The notes under the pieces are model-generated. The model did no database searches. It saw only the letters and a list, made by a program, of their open reading frames with translations, and had not been told where the DNA came from. Position numbers and translations under genes: made by a program. This document shows positions 12,516 through 25,008 of a stretch of DNA of 64,000 nucleotides, in pieces. The stretch is from contig NC_068982.1 of NCBI RefSeq assembly GCF_001194135.2, forward strand, positions 16,253,292 through 16,317,291, given 5' to 3'. The DNA comes from Octopus bimaculoides (lineage: Eukaryota). How positions within the stretch are numbered: position 1 is the stretch's first letter; each line of letters starts with the position of its first letter.

Positions 12516-12718
12516 TCCTTTCTTCTAAAGGCACTAGGCCTGAAATTTGGCAGGAGGGGACTAGTCAATTACATCGACCCCAGTATTTCACTGGTACTTA
12601 ATTTACCGATGCTGAAAGGATGAAATGCAAAGTTGACCTCGGCGGAATTCGAACTCAGAATGTAGCGGCACACGAAACACCGCTAAGCATTTCGCCCGAC
12701 ATGCTAACAATTCTGCCA
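12516..12718 (-). mobile_element. SINE family M (Meta-domain-like)
   Basis: GAAAGGATGAAATGCAAAGTTGACCTCGGCGGAATTCGAACTCAG is the reverse complement of a tRNA B-box plus a GGTCGAC..GCCTT.CATCC motif resembling the Meta domain. Confidence 0.75.
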
Positions 12719-12724
12719 ATAATA

Positions 12725-14035
12725 ATAATGATAATAATAATAGTTTAATGTCCATTTTCCATGCTGGTATGGTTTGAGTGATTTGACAGTATCTGATGAT
12801 TGGCACAGCCACATCAAACTTTATTGTCAGATTTGGCAGGGTTTCTACAGCTGGATGCTCTTCTTAACATCAACCACTTTACGGGTGTTTTTCCATGCCA
12901 CGACCCCTACTAGTAAGGATGCTGTGTAAACTTGCAAGGCAAAAGATGGAACAAGGGGGTAAAGAAAAGGCTCTTAATACTAAGAAGGGAGTATTTGGAA
13001 GGGCAAAGTGGAAGTGGGTGGCTTTATGCCAGAGAGACAAACAGACATCTTGCTACAGGGGAGATATATGGCTGAAGGGGATAAAAGGAAGGTACAGATG
13101 GAGTGCAAGAACAAAGTGAAGGCACAAAAGAGGAGCACAAGAGAAGATGCAGACAGTGGGTCATAGGAGAGAGTGGACACTTTCATAAGGGTGTGGTGGG
13201 GAAGCAACAGATGATTAAAGTTAGGATAGAGGTGAATATAGTAAGTGATGAATAAGGGTGGATGTGTGGTTGAAGTGGAATACAAGTATGGAGAGGCATA
13301 AGGTGTGAGATATAGGAGTGGCTCAGGAAAGAGAATACATTAGAACAGGTGGTGCCATGATGTGCAAGGTGTAGGAGCAGTGAAGAGGGAGATATAGAAG
13401 CACATAAGGGGTTGTAGTAAGGAGGGGTATGATGATAGGTTTGGTGTTTAGGCATTGAGGAAGAAAGCAGGTAAGAGAGGTGTTAATAATGGAGTAGAGA
13501 GAGAGAGATCTATTGTTGCCAACAGAGGTAACAGCCCTCTTCTGAACTTCTTCCATCCTTTCCTTATTCTAGCAACTACACTTTCAGAATCTCCTCCTCT
13601 ACTGCTAATTTGGTTGCCTAGGTAACAGAAACTTTCTACTACCTCTAGGGAGCTGCCAAGGCATTTGAAAGAACCAATTTCTGATGTATCCCTAGCTTTA
13701 AGGTACCTGTGAATCTTCCACATACAAACACTACTTTCTTCATCAACCTTCCAGTGATTCCACTGGACCTCTTGAGTGTCCATAGCTTGCACTAGGTATA
13801 CCATATGGAATTGCTACCTATACCTTTCCTACATATCGAACAGGGCCATTTACCTGAAGTGAGTAGAATCCTATCAGTTTTCCTGCATATTAGAACTTTG
13901 GTCTTTGCTAGCTTAACTTTAAGGCCCTTTAATTCCAGCTTTTGCTTCCACACCTGGAATTTCTTTTCTAATTCTGTTAAAGATTCTACTACAAGAGTGA
14001 AGTCATCAGCATATGGTAGTAGGGGCAGCTAGTTT
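12725..14035 (-). mobile_element. RTE LINE 3' portion: RT end, CT-rich 3' region and family B-type tail
   Basis: Minus strand reads PYADDFTLVVESLTELEKKFQVWKQKLELKGLKVKLAKTKV, GKWPCSICRKGIGSNSI and LEVVESFCYLGNQISSRGG..VARIRKGWKKFR, then a pyrimidine-rich block (13500-12900) and a B tail ending in AAT/GAT repeats at 12725. Confidence 0.85.
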
Positions 14036-14169
14036 TGAATTCTCTTATGGCCTGGAGGACAATGATGAATAGGAGGGGACTGAGAACTGAGCCCCCATGG
14101 TTAACTCTCACATCTTCATCATCTTCTCTCCTCTTGCTCTCCATCTGAGATAGCCACGTTACTCTTCTA

Positions 14170-14345
14170 ACACAAGGTAAATGGTTGGCATAAGGAAGGG
14201 CATCCAGCTATAGAAACCATGCCAAAGTAGACAGCAAGACTTGGTGCAATCTTCTGACTTTCCAGTCCCTGTCAAACTATCCAACCCATGCTAGCATAGA
14301 AAATGAATGTTAAATGATAATGAGGGTGATGACTATGATGACAAT
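14170..14345 (+). mobile_element. Family B tail
   Basis: GGTTGGCATAAGGAAGGGCATCCAGC...CCAACCCATGCTAGC...GTTAAATGAT. Confidence 0.7.
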
Positions 14346-14457
14346 GACGAAGTCCTATCTGTTTCTCTAACCCTTAATGGTTTTTCAAATAAGTAACCTT
14401 CCATGAATCTTTGAAGGTGCAAAACCAGATGATTTGTTGAGAGGAATATGTAAACAA

Positions 14458-14477
14458 ACACACAGACACACACACAC

Positions 14478-14566
<89 letters not shown>

Positions 14567-14845
14567 CATATGGACATACACACAACATACGCAACATACA
14601 CACACACACATATATATACATATATACAAACACACACATATGTATATANNNNNNNNNNNNNNNNNNNNNNNNNNNNNNNNNNNNNNNNNNNNNNNNNNNN
14701 NNNNNNNNNNNNNNNNNNNNNNNNNNNNNNNNNNNNNNNNNNNNNNNNNNNNNNNNNNNNNNNNNNNNNNNNNNNNNNNNNNNNNNNNNNNNNNNNNNNN
14801 NNNNNNNNNNNNNNNNNNNNNNNNNNNNNNNNNNNNNNNNNNNNN

Positions 14846-14878
<33 letters not shown>

Positions 14879-14898
14879 TGTATACATATGTACAGACA

Positions 14899-14936
<38 letters not shown>
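14458..14936. repeat. Compound (CA)n/(TA)n/(TG)n microsatellite spanning a gap
   Basis: Directly visible. Confidence 0.95.
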
Positions 14937-14938
<2 letters not shown>

Positions 14939-15099
14939 TATTAAACCTAATGCTTCATAGTAATTTTTGCTTAGAATTTGTCTTCAATATTTGTCAATGT
15001 ACCAACTATATTTCTTTGAACTTGAATAACTCTGTGTGTGTGTGTGTGCGTGCGTGCATGTGTGCGTGCGTGTGTGTGTGTGTGTGTGCGCGCGCGCGC

Positions 15100-15131
<32 letters not shown>

Positions 15132-18100
15132 TAAAGAAAGTGAAATATCTTCACAGTTGTCATTAGGTCTGCAATCTGCAAGTATTAAACTGTTTTGCAG
15201 AGAGGAAATACTGAACAATATATTCTAATGAAAATTATTCCCTAAACAATATCATTCAGCTTTCATTCAGTATTCATTCTATATATATATATAGCATTAT
15301 GTAACATTAAACAACTTCATTATGAATATGAAATCAGGAAAACCTATAGTATGCCATTTACACAAAAAGCTATGTGGAAATCTCATTCAAAGATATCATT
15401 TTAATTATGAAGTACCTTCTATCAAAATGCAAGATTGATTTAAACATAAATTCAACTTTTGAAAAGAGGAGAAAAGCATTATTATATAATACTGTTTTAT
15501 TTAAACTGAGTTCAAATATTCAGCTAAAAAGTAAAAAATTTAGATATTTGCATTTTTGTTTATAATGTTTATTTTTAAGATACTGCATAAATTATTCCCA
15601 ACTTAATTATTATCAAACTTTTATAACTGTTCATATAAAATTACGATGCCATTGTCCTAGAATCCAAACTCATCTTAGAAATAAATTGTTTACCCATGCA
15701 CATTTTAAAATATTGTAAACATAATTTTCCTGATTTCAATATTAACTTACAAAGCTATTCAATATCATGTAGACACTACTTTGATCTTAAAAGGTTGAGA
15801 ATAATCCATCAATAAACTGTTGTTGATGTTTTCATCCTAATTAGATATCAGAACATTAAATATATTTTATTCCTACAGATTAAATTGAAAAAAAGAAAGA
15901 CAAAGCAATTTAATCTAACAATTGTAAACATGATCAATTTTAGGTGAAATGTACTTTATCTATGATTAATTTTGATGCATTGTATAAATATGAATTAAAC
16001 TGATTTTTTTCCCTTTTTGAGAACAGACCAAGAATTCTATAGTAAGATCTTGACGACTTCTTTTAAAATGTAGCCAATGAATTAATGAGCTTTTGTGTAC
16101 TATTCCAAACTGGCTGTTAATCAAAGTACTTCTATTGTCCACTAAAAATACATAAGATGTTACAAACAAATGTGAAGCAAAAAACAAAAACATAAAAGAT
16201 ATATCTAAGGAAGATGGTAAAGATAGTATACCATAATCTATCAGATTGAAATAGGTATTGGAATATTAAGAATTCAAAATCAAAGTTCAAGACAGTGATG
16301 GAACAAATTAATTATGATGTAAAAGAGTATGATTAATCAATGAGCAATAATTTATTGACAGTAAGCAATTATTTCAAAGTCTTACAAAGGCCTCTTTATA
16401 AAAGAACAATTAATTATCAATAAATTAGGTTTAACATTTAGAAACACTTAATATTGGTGGAGAAAATTTTTTTTAAATATAAACTAAAAATTAACAAAGG
16501 GCCAGATCTTGCTTTTATTTTTTTTATATCAAGTTTTATTTTTGGTTTCTTTATTTTACAAAACAATTTGAAAGTTGGTTATATTCAACAAAAATATAAT
16601 TGTAATGCTATAGTCTCTTATGCAGGCTCAATGTTTCGTAAAGTGAGTAAACCAGGAACATATCTATTCCTGATGGGTAATTATTTTAGCAATTCTGTGG
16701 GAATGGAAAACAATATTGACCTCAGCATTTCTTGACAAACTCAGAATGAGAAGGATGAAACTAAATATTCCAAGAGCTTTTGTTTGCCACTCTACCGTAT
16801 CTGGCATTTCACCATCTTTCTATATTTGTATGACAGATAACAGATAAACAAGTTAAAAATCAAGTCAAGTATGAACCGTTTATTTACAAACAAAACAGTT
16901 TTTGGTTTCAGCAAGTTAATTAACTTTCTCTTTTATTGAGACATCAGTGTTACAAGTAACTATTTTCTTTTATTACATATTTTAATAATTGCCAAAGAAT
17001 AATACAATGATAATGGCCAATCACAAAAATTGTTAATTAACATTATATAATCATTTCTGAAAATTACAATATGTAAAATTCCATTAACTCACAATTTGTT
17101 CTCTCAGTACAAAATCAATTTATTCAAATATTCATAATTTCGTATTATTTGTAAAAAGAAGAAGTGAAAAGAATACAAACAGAATATAATTTGTTATAAA
17201 GAAATGAATTTTGAAGGTAAACAATTTTACTATACTGTTTTTAATTGATTGCAGACTCTAAATATTACTTAGATAATTTCATATGTGAGAATAACCCCCA
17301 CACACATTGTATAAAAATAATATTATTTTAAAGAATGTCTAAGTTGGTCTGATGCTAATATTGAAAGAATATTTTTTCTTAATTCAGAAAAAAAAAAAAA
17401 CTTGTTCAGATTTACATTTCTTCAAAGTGAAGAATCATTTTGTATAAGGAACAACCAACTTAATCCAAGAATACAGAATGACAAATGTAAGGAATTAGAT
17501 ACACCAAGATGAAAAGATTATGATATAAAAATTATTAGCTATAAACGTTGTGTCATAAATGACATTTAAACGTTAATCTTCCTAACGAAATTCTACAATA
17601 TATTGAAGAAAATATAAGAAATTTGGTTATAAAAGTTGTAAATGACTTAGTAAATTCTCAACAAAGTGCATGACTTCATTTCTAATCCTTGTTCAAATTA
17701 TTCCACTCATTTAAATTTCAAATTTCAAATGCTTTTATGAAAAGCATAATTATAACAACTTCCTATCTTCCACTATGAAAGTTAAAAGAACTCATCACCA
17801 ATTGGTAGATACCACTGATCACAAAATAACGAACGATTGATTAATTGATTATCTAAAGAATTTACAAGACAAATAAGCCCATAACAAGAGATTATTAATT
17901 CTTAAAAATTTTCTTGATAAAAGGAAGTAAAATCTAGAAAATATAATATTCTTTCTATTATGCACATATTTTGTTTCTTGAAATATTTTCCAAGCCAAAG
18001 AAGCAGGTCCTTATCAGAATACTGGAGTTATTAAAGATCAATATATCAAAATGAACTCAGGTAACAGCACATTTAAAAATGCAGTACCATAAAATCTCTT

Positions 18101-18974
18101 CTTTTCCTACAATATTATTAAACAGAATAAAAAATATATAAACAAAAAAAAAAAAATTAACCAAAATGAAAAAAAAGAAAAAAGAAAGTGAAACCAGAGA
18201 ATAATATAATAAATAATACAAATAACAATATGAATGAAGGTCAACTTTTGAAAGTATTCTTTGAAAATCTTTCCCAATATGTTCCAATATTACTTAAACT
18301 TTTTATCCTTTCATCTGTTTAAGCAGATTTGTTACTTTCTTCGACCAGTAAGCACAAAATTCAGCAATATTGTATGTTATCAAATTACATTACAGTATAT
18401 TCGTAATTTGATTCAATACTTCCAGGTTATAAAGCTCACAGCCTGCTGCTTATAACATCAAGGCGCTTAATGCACATGGCAGCCAAAATTGCATGTTGTA
18501 GACAACAGAATCTCTATTATTTGTTTGCGATTAAATCTTTTAAAATATGTCATGCTATTTGAACTATATTTTACACAGCACATAGACATATAAAATAAAG
18601 TTCAAAAGCATGACATATTTTCATCAACAAACACTTAAAGCAATATGGGTCCTAATTTTCTTCTTTTTTTTTTTTTGCATGTGATGTTTCACAAAAACTT
18701 TCTCTCTCTCTCTCTGACAAAGTCATCTAATAGCTTCATTCACATACCTATTAGTAGGTATTTAGATAGTTCATGTTTAAAGAGGCTATCGCAAAAATAA
18801 AAATAACAAAAATAAAAACAAAAAAAATACATAGCTAAAAAGTGTAAGAGACTGAAAATTCAAACTTTGAATCAAAATACTATTTAAAAAAAATTTCAGA
18901 TATTTAAAATTTTTTTTTTTTAATTTTATTCTGACGCATAAGAAAATTTCCAGCATTTGATAGATAACATTTTG

Positions 18975-19885
18975 AATCTTTATCTTTCACTTGTTTCAAT
19001 CATGTGACTGTGGCCATGCTGGAGCAGTTCAGTCAAACGAATTAACCCCAGGGCTTATTTTTTTTGCAAGCCTCATACTTATTTTATCAGTTACTTTTGC
19101 CAAACCACTAAGTTATGGGGACGTAAACACACCAACACTTGTCAAGCAGTGGTAGGAACAAACGCACACACATATTCTTTTACTTTATTCGTTTACTTGT
19201 TTAAAAAATCAGCCTTAGGACTTATTCATTGTAAACCTAGTACTTATTCTATCAGTCTCTTTTGCCGAACTGCTAAGTCATGGGGACGTAAACACACCAG
19301 CATCGGCTATCAAGCAATGGTGGGTGGACAAACACTGACACACACACACACACAGATATATACACACACATATACATATATATATATTCTTTTATTTGTT
19401 TCAGTCATCTGACTGTGGCCATGCTGGAGCACTGCCTTTAGTCAAGCAAATTGACCCCAGGACTTATTCTTTGTAAGCCTAGTACTTATTCTATCAGTCT
19501 CTTTTGCTGAACTGCTGAGTTATGGGGATGTAAAGACACCTACATCGGTTGTCAAGCGATGTTGGGAGGACAAACACAGACACAGGCACATACACACACA
19601 CACACTTACAAGGCTTTGGTCGGCCCAAGGCTATAGTAGAAGACATTTGCACAAGGTGCCATGCAGTGAGACTGAACCCAGAACCATATGGTTGGGAAGC
19701 AAGCTTCTTACCATACAGCCACACTGATGGGTTTCTTTAGGTTTCCATCCACCAAATCCATTCACAAGGCTTTTGTTGGTCTGAAACTATAGTAGAAGAT
19801 ACTTGCCCAACGTGCCACACAGTGGGACTGAACATGGAACTATGTGGTTGGGAGGCAAACTTCTTACCACACAGCAATACTTGTG
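18975..19885 (-). mobile_element. Cluster of four SINE family A pieces
   Basis: Repeated TTGTTTCAGTCAT..GACTGTGGCCATGCTGGAGC and GTACTTATTCTATC blocks, with two tRNA-head segments (about 19600-19720 and 19730-19880), all in the same orientation. Confidence 0.85.
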
Positions 19886-20828
19886 CCTGGTTTTCTCAGC
19901 TTAAAATTTTAATTTATAAACAACAAAAAGCAATACAAGAAACAAAGAAACTAGAACTGAATTTTCCATTCCTGCTAACAAGTTATTTATTTAAAGAAAG
20001 GAAATAACATACAACTAGAAAAAAAAAGAAGAAGCTAATAATGATTTCTTAACATTGGTATAAGACCATACATTTTTGTGAGGATTGGGATGTACAAACA
20101 GTTAAATCATCCCCAGTATTTCAATGATCCTTGTTTTATTGAACCAAGAGAGGATAAAAAAATGAAGTCAGGTCAGTCAAAGCTGGATCTTGGAAACTAA
20201 CTGTAATGTATTTTGTCTGGTATGCTTCTAATTCTACCATCAACTGTGCTTTGCGATATCAACAATCATAATACATTAAGGTTATCACATATCATCAGCC
20301 ATCAAAAAAAAAAGGGAAAAAATATTTATGTTAAACTATTTAAAAATAAACAAATATGAAGAAAATTTTACAAAGAAACTTCATGAATTATTAATATAGA
20401 AGAATTAATTCAGGCTCACACTTGCAACTGATAGTTTATTTAAACATGCGACCAGGCAATTGAGAGGAGTGACATTTTTGCCCGGGACTTTACTTAATAT
20501 ATGGCATTAACAAAATCTCTTTTATTCAACTTATCTTATCCACATGAAATGTATAGCTTTGATAATTGTATAAATGTTAATTCTATGTTCTATGTTGGGA
20601 GGCTGTGGTGTGAAGAGAAGCTCATATATAAGATAAAGCAATCTAAATGCTATTAACTTGAATAGCCATTGTACTAAGCTTGTCTCAAAACAAGCAATTA
20701 GTGTGGAAGAATTAGGTAACAGTCATACGCTCTTACAGACAAATATAAAACACATATGTGAATACTTCATGTCCAGTCTGCATGTACGTATGTGTCTCTG
20801 TAAACACACACACACACACACACACACA

Positions 20829-21250
20829 TTTTTATCTTTTACTTGTCACAGTCATTAGACAACAGCCATGCTAGGACACAGCCTGGAAGAATTTTTAGTT
20901 GAATGAATTGACCCCAGTTCTTATCTTTTTTAAGCCTAGTATTTATTCTATTTATTCTATTGGTCTCTTTTGCTGCACCGCTAAGTTATGGGAATGTAAA
21001 CACACCAACAGTGGTTGTCAAGTGGTAGTGGGAGAGGAGACAGACACAGACACAAAGGCATGCCCATATACACATACACACAAACACACACATACATATT
21101 ACGACAGGTTTCTTTCAGTTTCCATCTACCAAATTCATTCACAAGGCTTAGGTTGGCCCGAGGCTATAGCAGAAGACACTTGCCCAAGGTGCCAGTGAGA
21201 CTGAACCCAGAACCATGTGGTTGGGGAACAAGCTTCTTACCACACAGCCA
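20829..21250 (-). mobile_element. SINE family A, near full length
   Basis: Colinear with 60648-61082. Confidence 0.85.
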
Positions 21251-21355
21251 GTCCAGCACTTATATATAAACACAAGTGTAGACACAAAATGACACACAAA
21301 CACACAAACACACACAATGGGCCTCATTCAGTTTCTTATTTCTTTATTGCCACAC

Positions 21356-21535
21356 TGCTGTTACATTCTGAGTTCAAATTCCACCGAGGTCGACTTTGCC
21401 TTTCATCCTTTTGGGGTCGATAAATTAAGTACCAGTTATGCACTGGAGTCGATGTAATCGACTTAATCCCCTTGTCTGTCCTTGTTTGTCCCCTCTATGT
21501 TTAGCCCCTTGTGGGCAATAAAGAATTAAGAAACT
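21356..21535 (+). mobile_element. SINE family M, well preserved
   Basis: CTGAGTTCAAATTCCACCGAGGTCGACTTTGCCTTTCATCCTTTTGGGGTCGATAAATTAAGTACCAG followed by the tail GGGCAATAAAGAATTAAGAAAC. Confidence 0.8.
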
Positions 21536-22768
21536 GAATGAGGCCCATCGTGTGTGTTTGTGTGTATGTGTGTATGTGTGTCGTTTTGTGTCTGCACTTG
21601 TGATTGTCCCTCACTGCTGTTTGAGAAGTGATGTTAGTGTGTTTATGTCTCTATGGCTTAGTGGTTTGGCAAAAGAGACCAATAGAATAAGTGCCACGTT
21701 AAAAAAACAAAAAAATAAAAGCTGGAGGTGATTCATTTAACTAAAATTCTTCAAGGCAATGCCCCAGTATGTCCACAGTCTGATGATTGAAACAAATACA
21801 ACATACAAGATAAACCTACATATACATTACATACAAACACACATACACTTAACTGTATGTATGTATGTATGTATGTATGTATGTCCACATATATATGTTC
21901 ATGTGTGCGTCTGTAAATGCACACATATCTACACAATTATACACACGCACACAGAGCACAAACCTAGTTATTGAAACTTGGTTTATCTTTGTCATTTTCT
22001 TTTCTTATTCTTTTTTTCCAGAAAGACACTTATTTTCCAAATCAACCATACTCGCTTTGAAGGCTTATCATTCTTCTTTTTACATTACTTTTTATAAATT
22101 AGTTCCACAGATGTCTGTCTAACGATAAAAGAATATTCAACACACTGGAAACTTTATTGTTTTTGCTTTGTGCCTTCTTACAAAGTGAAAGTAAATACAT
22201 TTAACAGAAGAGCTTCAGTTCATCATTTGTACTTAACAAAGGATTATTGCTTAACTTTGACAATGGAAAGAAAGAAAAAGAATACTCTACCAGACAGAAA
22301 AACGGAAACGTTAATGTGTGTATGCATCTGTATATATGTATATATGTGTGTGCACACATACTTACACACATACCAAAATGTTAAAAGTGATATACTTGTA
22401 TTTGGATTTGTTTCAAAATGTACTTGGTTCAAATCCAGTTAGGAGGGAGTCAACTTCCTCTTTCATTACTATGGGAGCACAGGTCAACAAAATAAATACA
22501 ATACGATGGATCCTAGTAATATTCTGAACAAGTTTCAGCCAGCAGTATCCTTGCCCTGCAAATACTGACATTATATGCATACCTAAGCTAAATGGAAACC
22601 AATATTTTAACAAGGTAAAAGAATTTTTCAAGGCAGTGCTCCAGCATGGCCACAATCTAAGGACCGAAACAAGTAAAAGAAGTTGCATGTACACATAGTG
22701 AAGCTGAAGGTAAGCCATAAATTTCATAAAAAAGATTCAGCACAGGGTCAGACATGTTCTCACTTGCA

Positions 22769-23813
22769 TTAAGCCTTTTGACCCCAGCCCGGATGAAACC
22801 ACCTCTGGTTCTGTTGTACAAATGTCTTGTTTTCATAAGTTCTGAATTAAAATCGTCCACCAAACCTTAGTCACAATTTATGTTCCTAACACTAGCTTAA
22901 TGGTAACTAAGTTATTTTACTAAATTCTTTGTTATATTTAAAATTAGATGAAAGAATCACAGAGCATCGTAACCCTCTCGTTACTGTATTTATTCTGAAA
23001 TGCTCTGTCTTTCTTTCAATTACTTTAAATATAACAAAGAATTTTAGTAAAATAACTTAGTTATCATTCAGCTACTGTTAGAAACATAAATTGTGACTAA
23101 GGTTTGGTGGAAGATTTTAATTCAAAACTTATGAAAACAAGACATTTGTATTCAGAAGGGTTAACAGAAGGGTTAACAGAAGGGTTAACAGAAGGGTTAA
23201 CGAAAGGGTTAACAGAAGGGTTAACGAAAGGGTTAACAGAAATATGGTAACAAAAAGGTTAACAAATGATTAATTTAACCCATTTGATACCAACTCTCCT
23301 GAAACCACCTCTGGCTCTGTAGTACAAATGTCTTGTTTTTGAAATTTTTTTCATTAAAATCTTCCACCAAACTTTAGTCATAATTTATGTTCCTAATATT
23401 GGCTTGATGATAACTAAGTTATTTTACTAAATTCTTTGTTATATTTAAAATTAATTGAAAGAAACACAAAGCATCTCAACAGAAATATGGTAACAAAAGG
23501 GTTAACAAATGNNNNNNNNNNTATTTAAAATTAATTGAAAGAAACACAAAGCATCTCAACAGAAATATGGTAACAAAAGGGTTAACAAATGATTAATTTA
23601 ACCCTTTTGATACCAACCCAGCTGAAACCACCTCGGGCTCTGTAGTACAAATGTCTTATTTTCAAAAGTTCTGAATTAAAATCTTCCACAATTTACATTC
23701 CTAACACCAGTTTAATGATAACTAAGTTATTTTACTAAATTCTTTGTCATATTTAAAATTAATTGAAAGAAACAGTGAGCATCTCAAAATAAATACAGTA
23801 ATGAAAGGGTTAA
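22769..23813. mobile_element. Cluster of four piggyBac-type MITEs (family PB-B), nested and tandem
   Basis: TTAA-CCC...GGG-TTAA ends. Copies at 22773-23258 (containing an inverted copy from 22973), 23279-23501 and 23602-23809; bodies match the outer element at 57264-57608. Confidence 0.88.
23153..23236 (+). repeat. Seven tandem 12-mers CAGAAGGGTTAA/CGAAAGGGTTAA
   Basis: Five CAGAAGGGTTAA and two CGAAAGGGTTAA units read directly. Confidence 0.95.
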
Positions 23814-24971
23814 TAATACTCAACAGAAAAGTATGAACATCTCATTTTCTCCTCTGATAAATCTTGGGTCCTTGTACCAAGTTAAAAGAGACATGATTAG
23901 TGAAAGCAGATGTGGCCATTACAATTCATTACTGTAACTAGTTTAACTTGTTCGCCATTATGAGTCAACATATAGCCAGGATCCCCTTAGCATTTCAGCT
24001 CTTTTAAGGGTTAATAAAATTAAAAACTATTAGTCTATAGGTGTGGGTTTAATTTACAATATTATGTTGAATCAAAAGGAAATCAGAGTCTTGCAAGGTA
24101 GGGTGACTATTGCAGTGAGCGTCACTGGCCATTCCCTGTGACAACACCTTTGCAACTATGTCCACAAGGTACAGCTGAATATATCATTTAGTCTGGGATA
24201 TACAACCTGTTACTCCCCTCACCCACCCTTTTTCTTTATTTCCTTGGTGAAATACTTATGGGGGAATTTTTCGCAATAATTTGATTTTTTATACTTTTAA
24301 TGCTTTTTTTTCTTTCCTTTCCATAAAAATATGTTGTTAATAAAACGGGACACAGAAACTAAAAACAGGTATATATATATATATATATATNNNNNNNNNN
24401 NNNNNNNNNNNNNNNNNNNNNNNNNNNNNNNNNNNNNNNNNNNNNNNNNNNNNNNNNNNNNNNNNNNNNNNNNNNNNNNNNNNNNNNNNNNNNNNNNNNN
24501 NNNNNNNNNNNNNNNNNNNNNNNNNNNNNNNNNNNNNNNNNNNNNNNNNNNNNNNNNNNNNNNNNNNNNNNNNNNNNNNNNNNNNNNNNNNNNNNNNNNN
24601 NNNNNNNNNNNNNNNNNNNNNNNNNNNNNNNNNNNNNNNNNNNNNNNNNNNNNNNNNNNNNNNNNNNNNNNNNNNNNNNNNNNNNNNNNATACCAGGGTA
24701 GCAAAGATCACAAAATGACCGTGGTGTAACTCCTGTTTATGAGGTAGAGACTGCCTGTTATTTTGGGCAATTGAGTAAATATAAAAATTTAGTAAATGGT
24801 GTAATACGCATATGTTAAATGAATTCTTCTATTTCCAACATATATTCCAAAGGAATAAGTGATGTTGATATAGATGTAATCTTCTCTTCAGGGAAATACA
24901 TAGGAACCAGCTTAACCATAAGACATTTTAACTGAGTGTCTTTAATATATGCGTATTACTCCATTTACTAA

Positions 24972-25008
<37 letters not shown>

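Noticed and set aside
14333-15228. Long ORFs rich in YI, HT or CV dipeptides or X (also at 24.3, 25.8, 31.4, 32.0, 47.6, 49.5 and 51.2 kb)
   Set aside because: They are translations of (TA)n, (CA)n and (TG)n microsatellites and N gaps.
16690-16830. Apparent minus-strand exon KDGEMPDT...
   Set aside because: It largely overlaps a decayed family M SINE; the open frame is likely chance.
23442-23591. Exact 70-bp duplication around an N10 gap (similar case at 53245-53346)
   Set aside because: Typical unmerged contig overlap; treated as an assembly artefact, not counted as an extra MITE copy.
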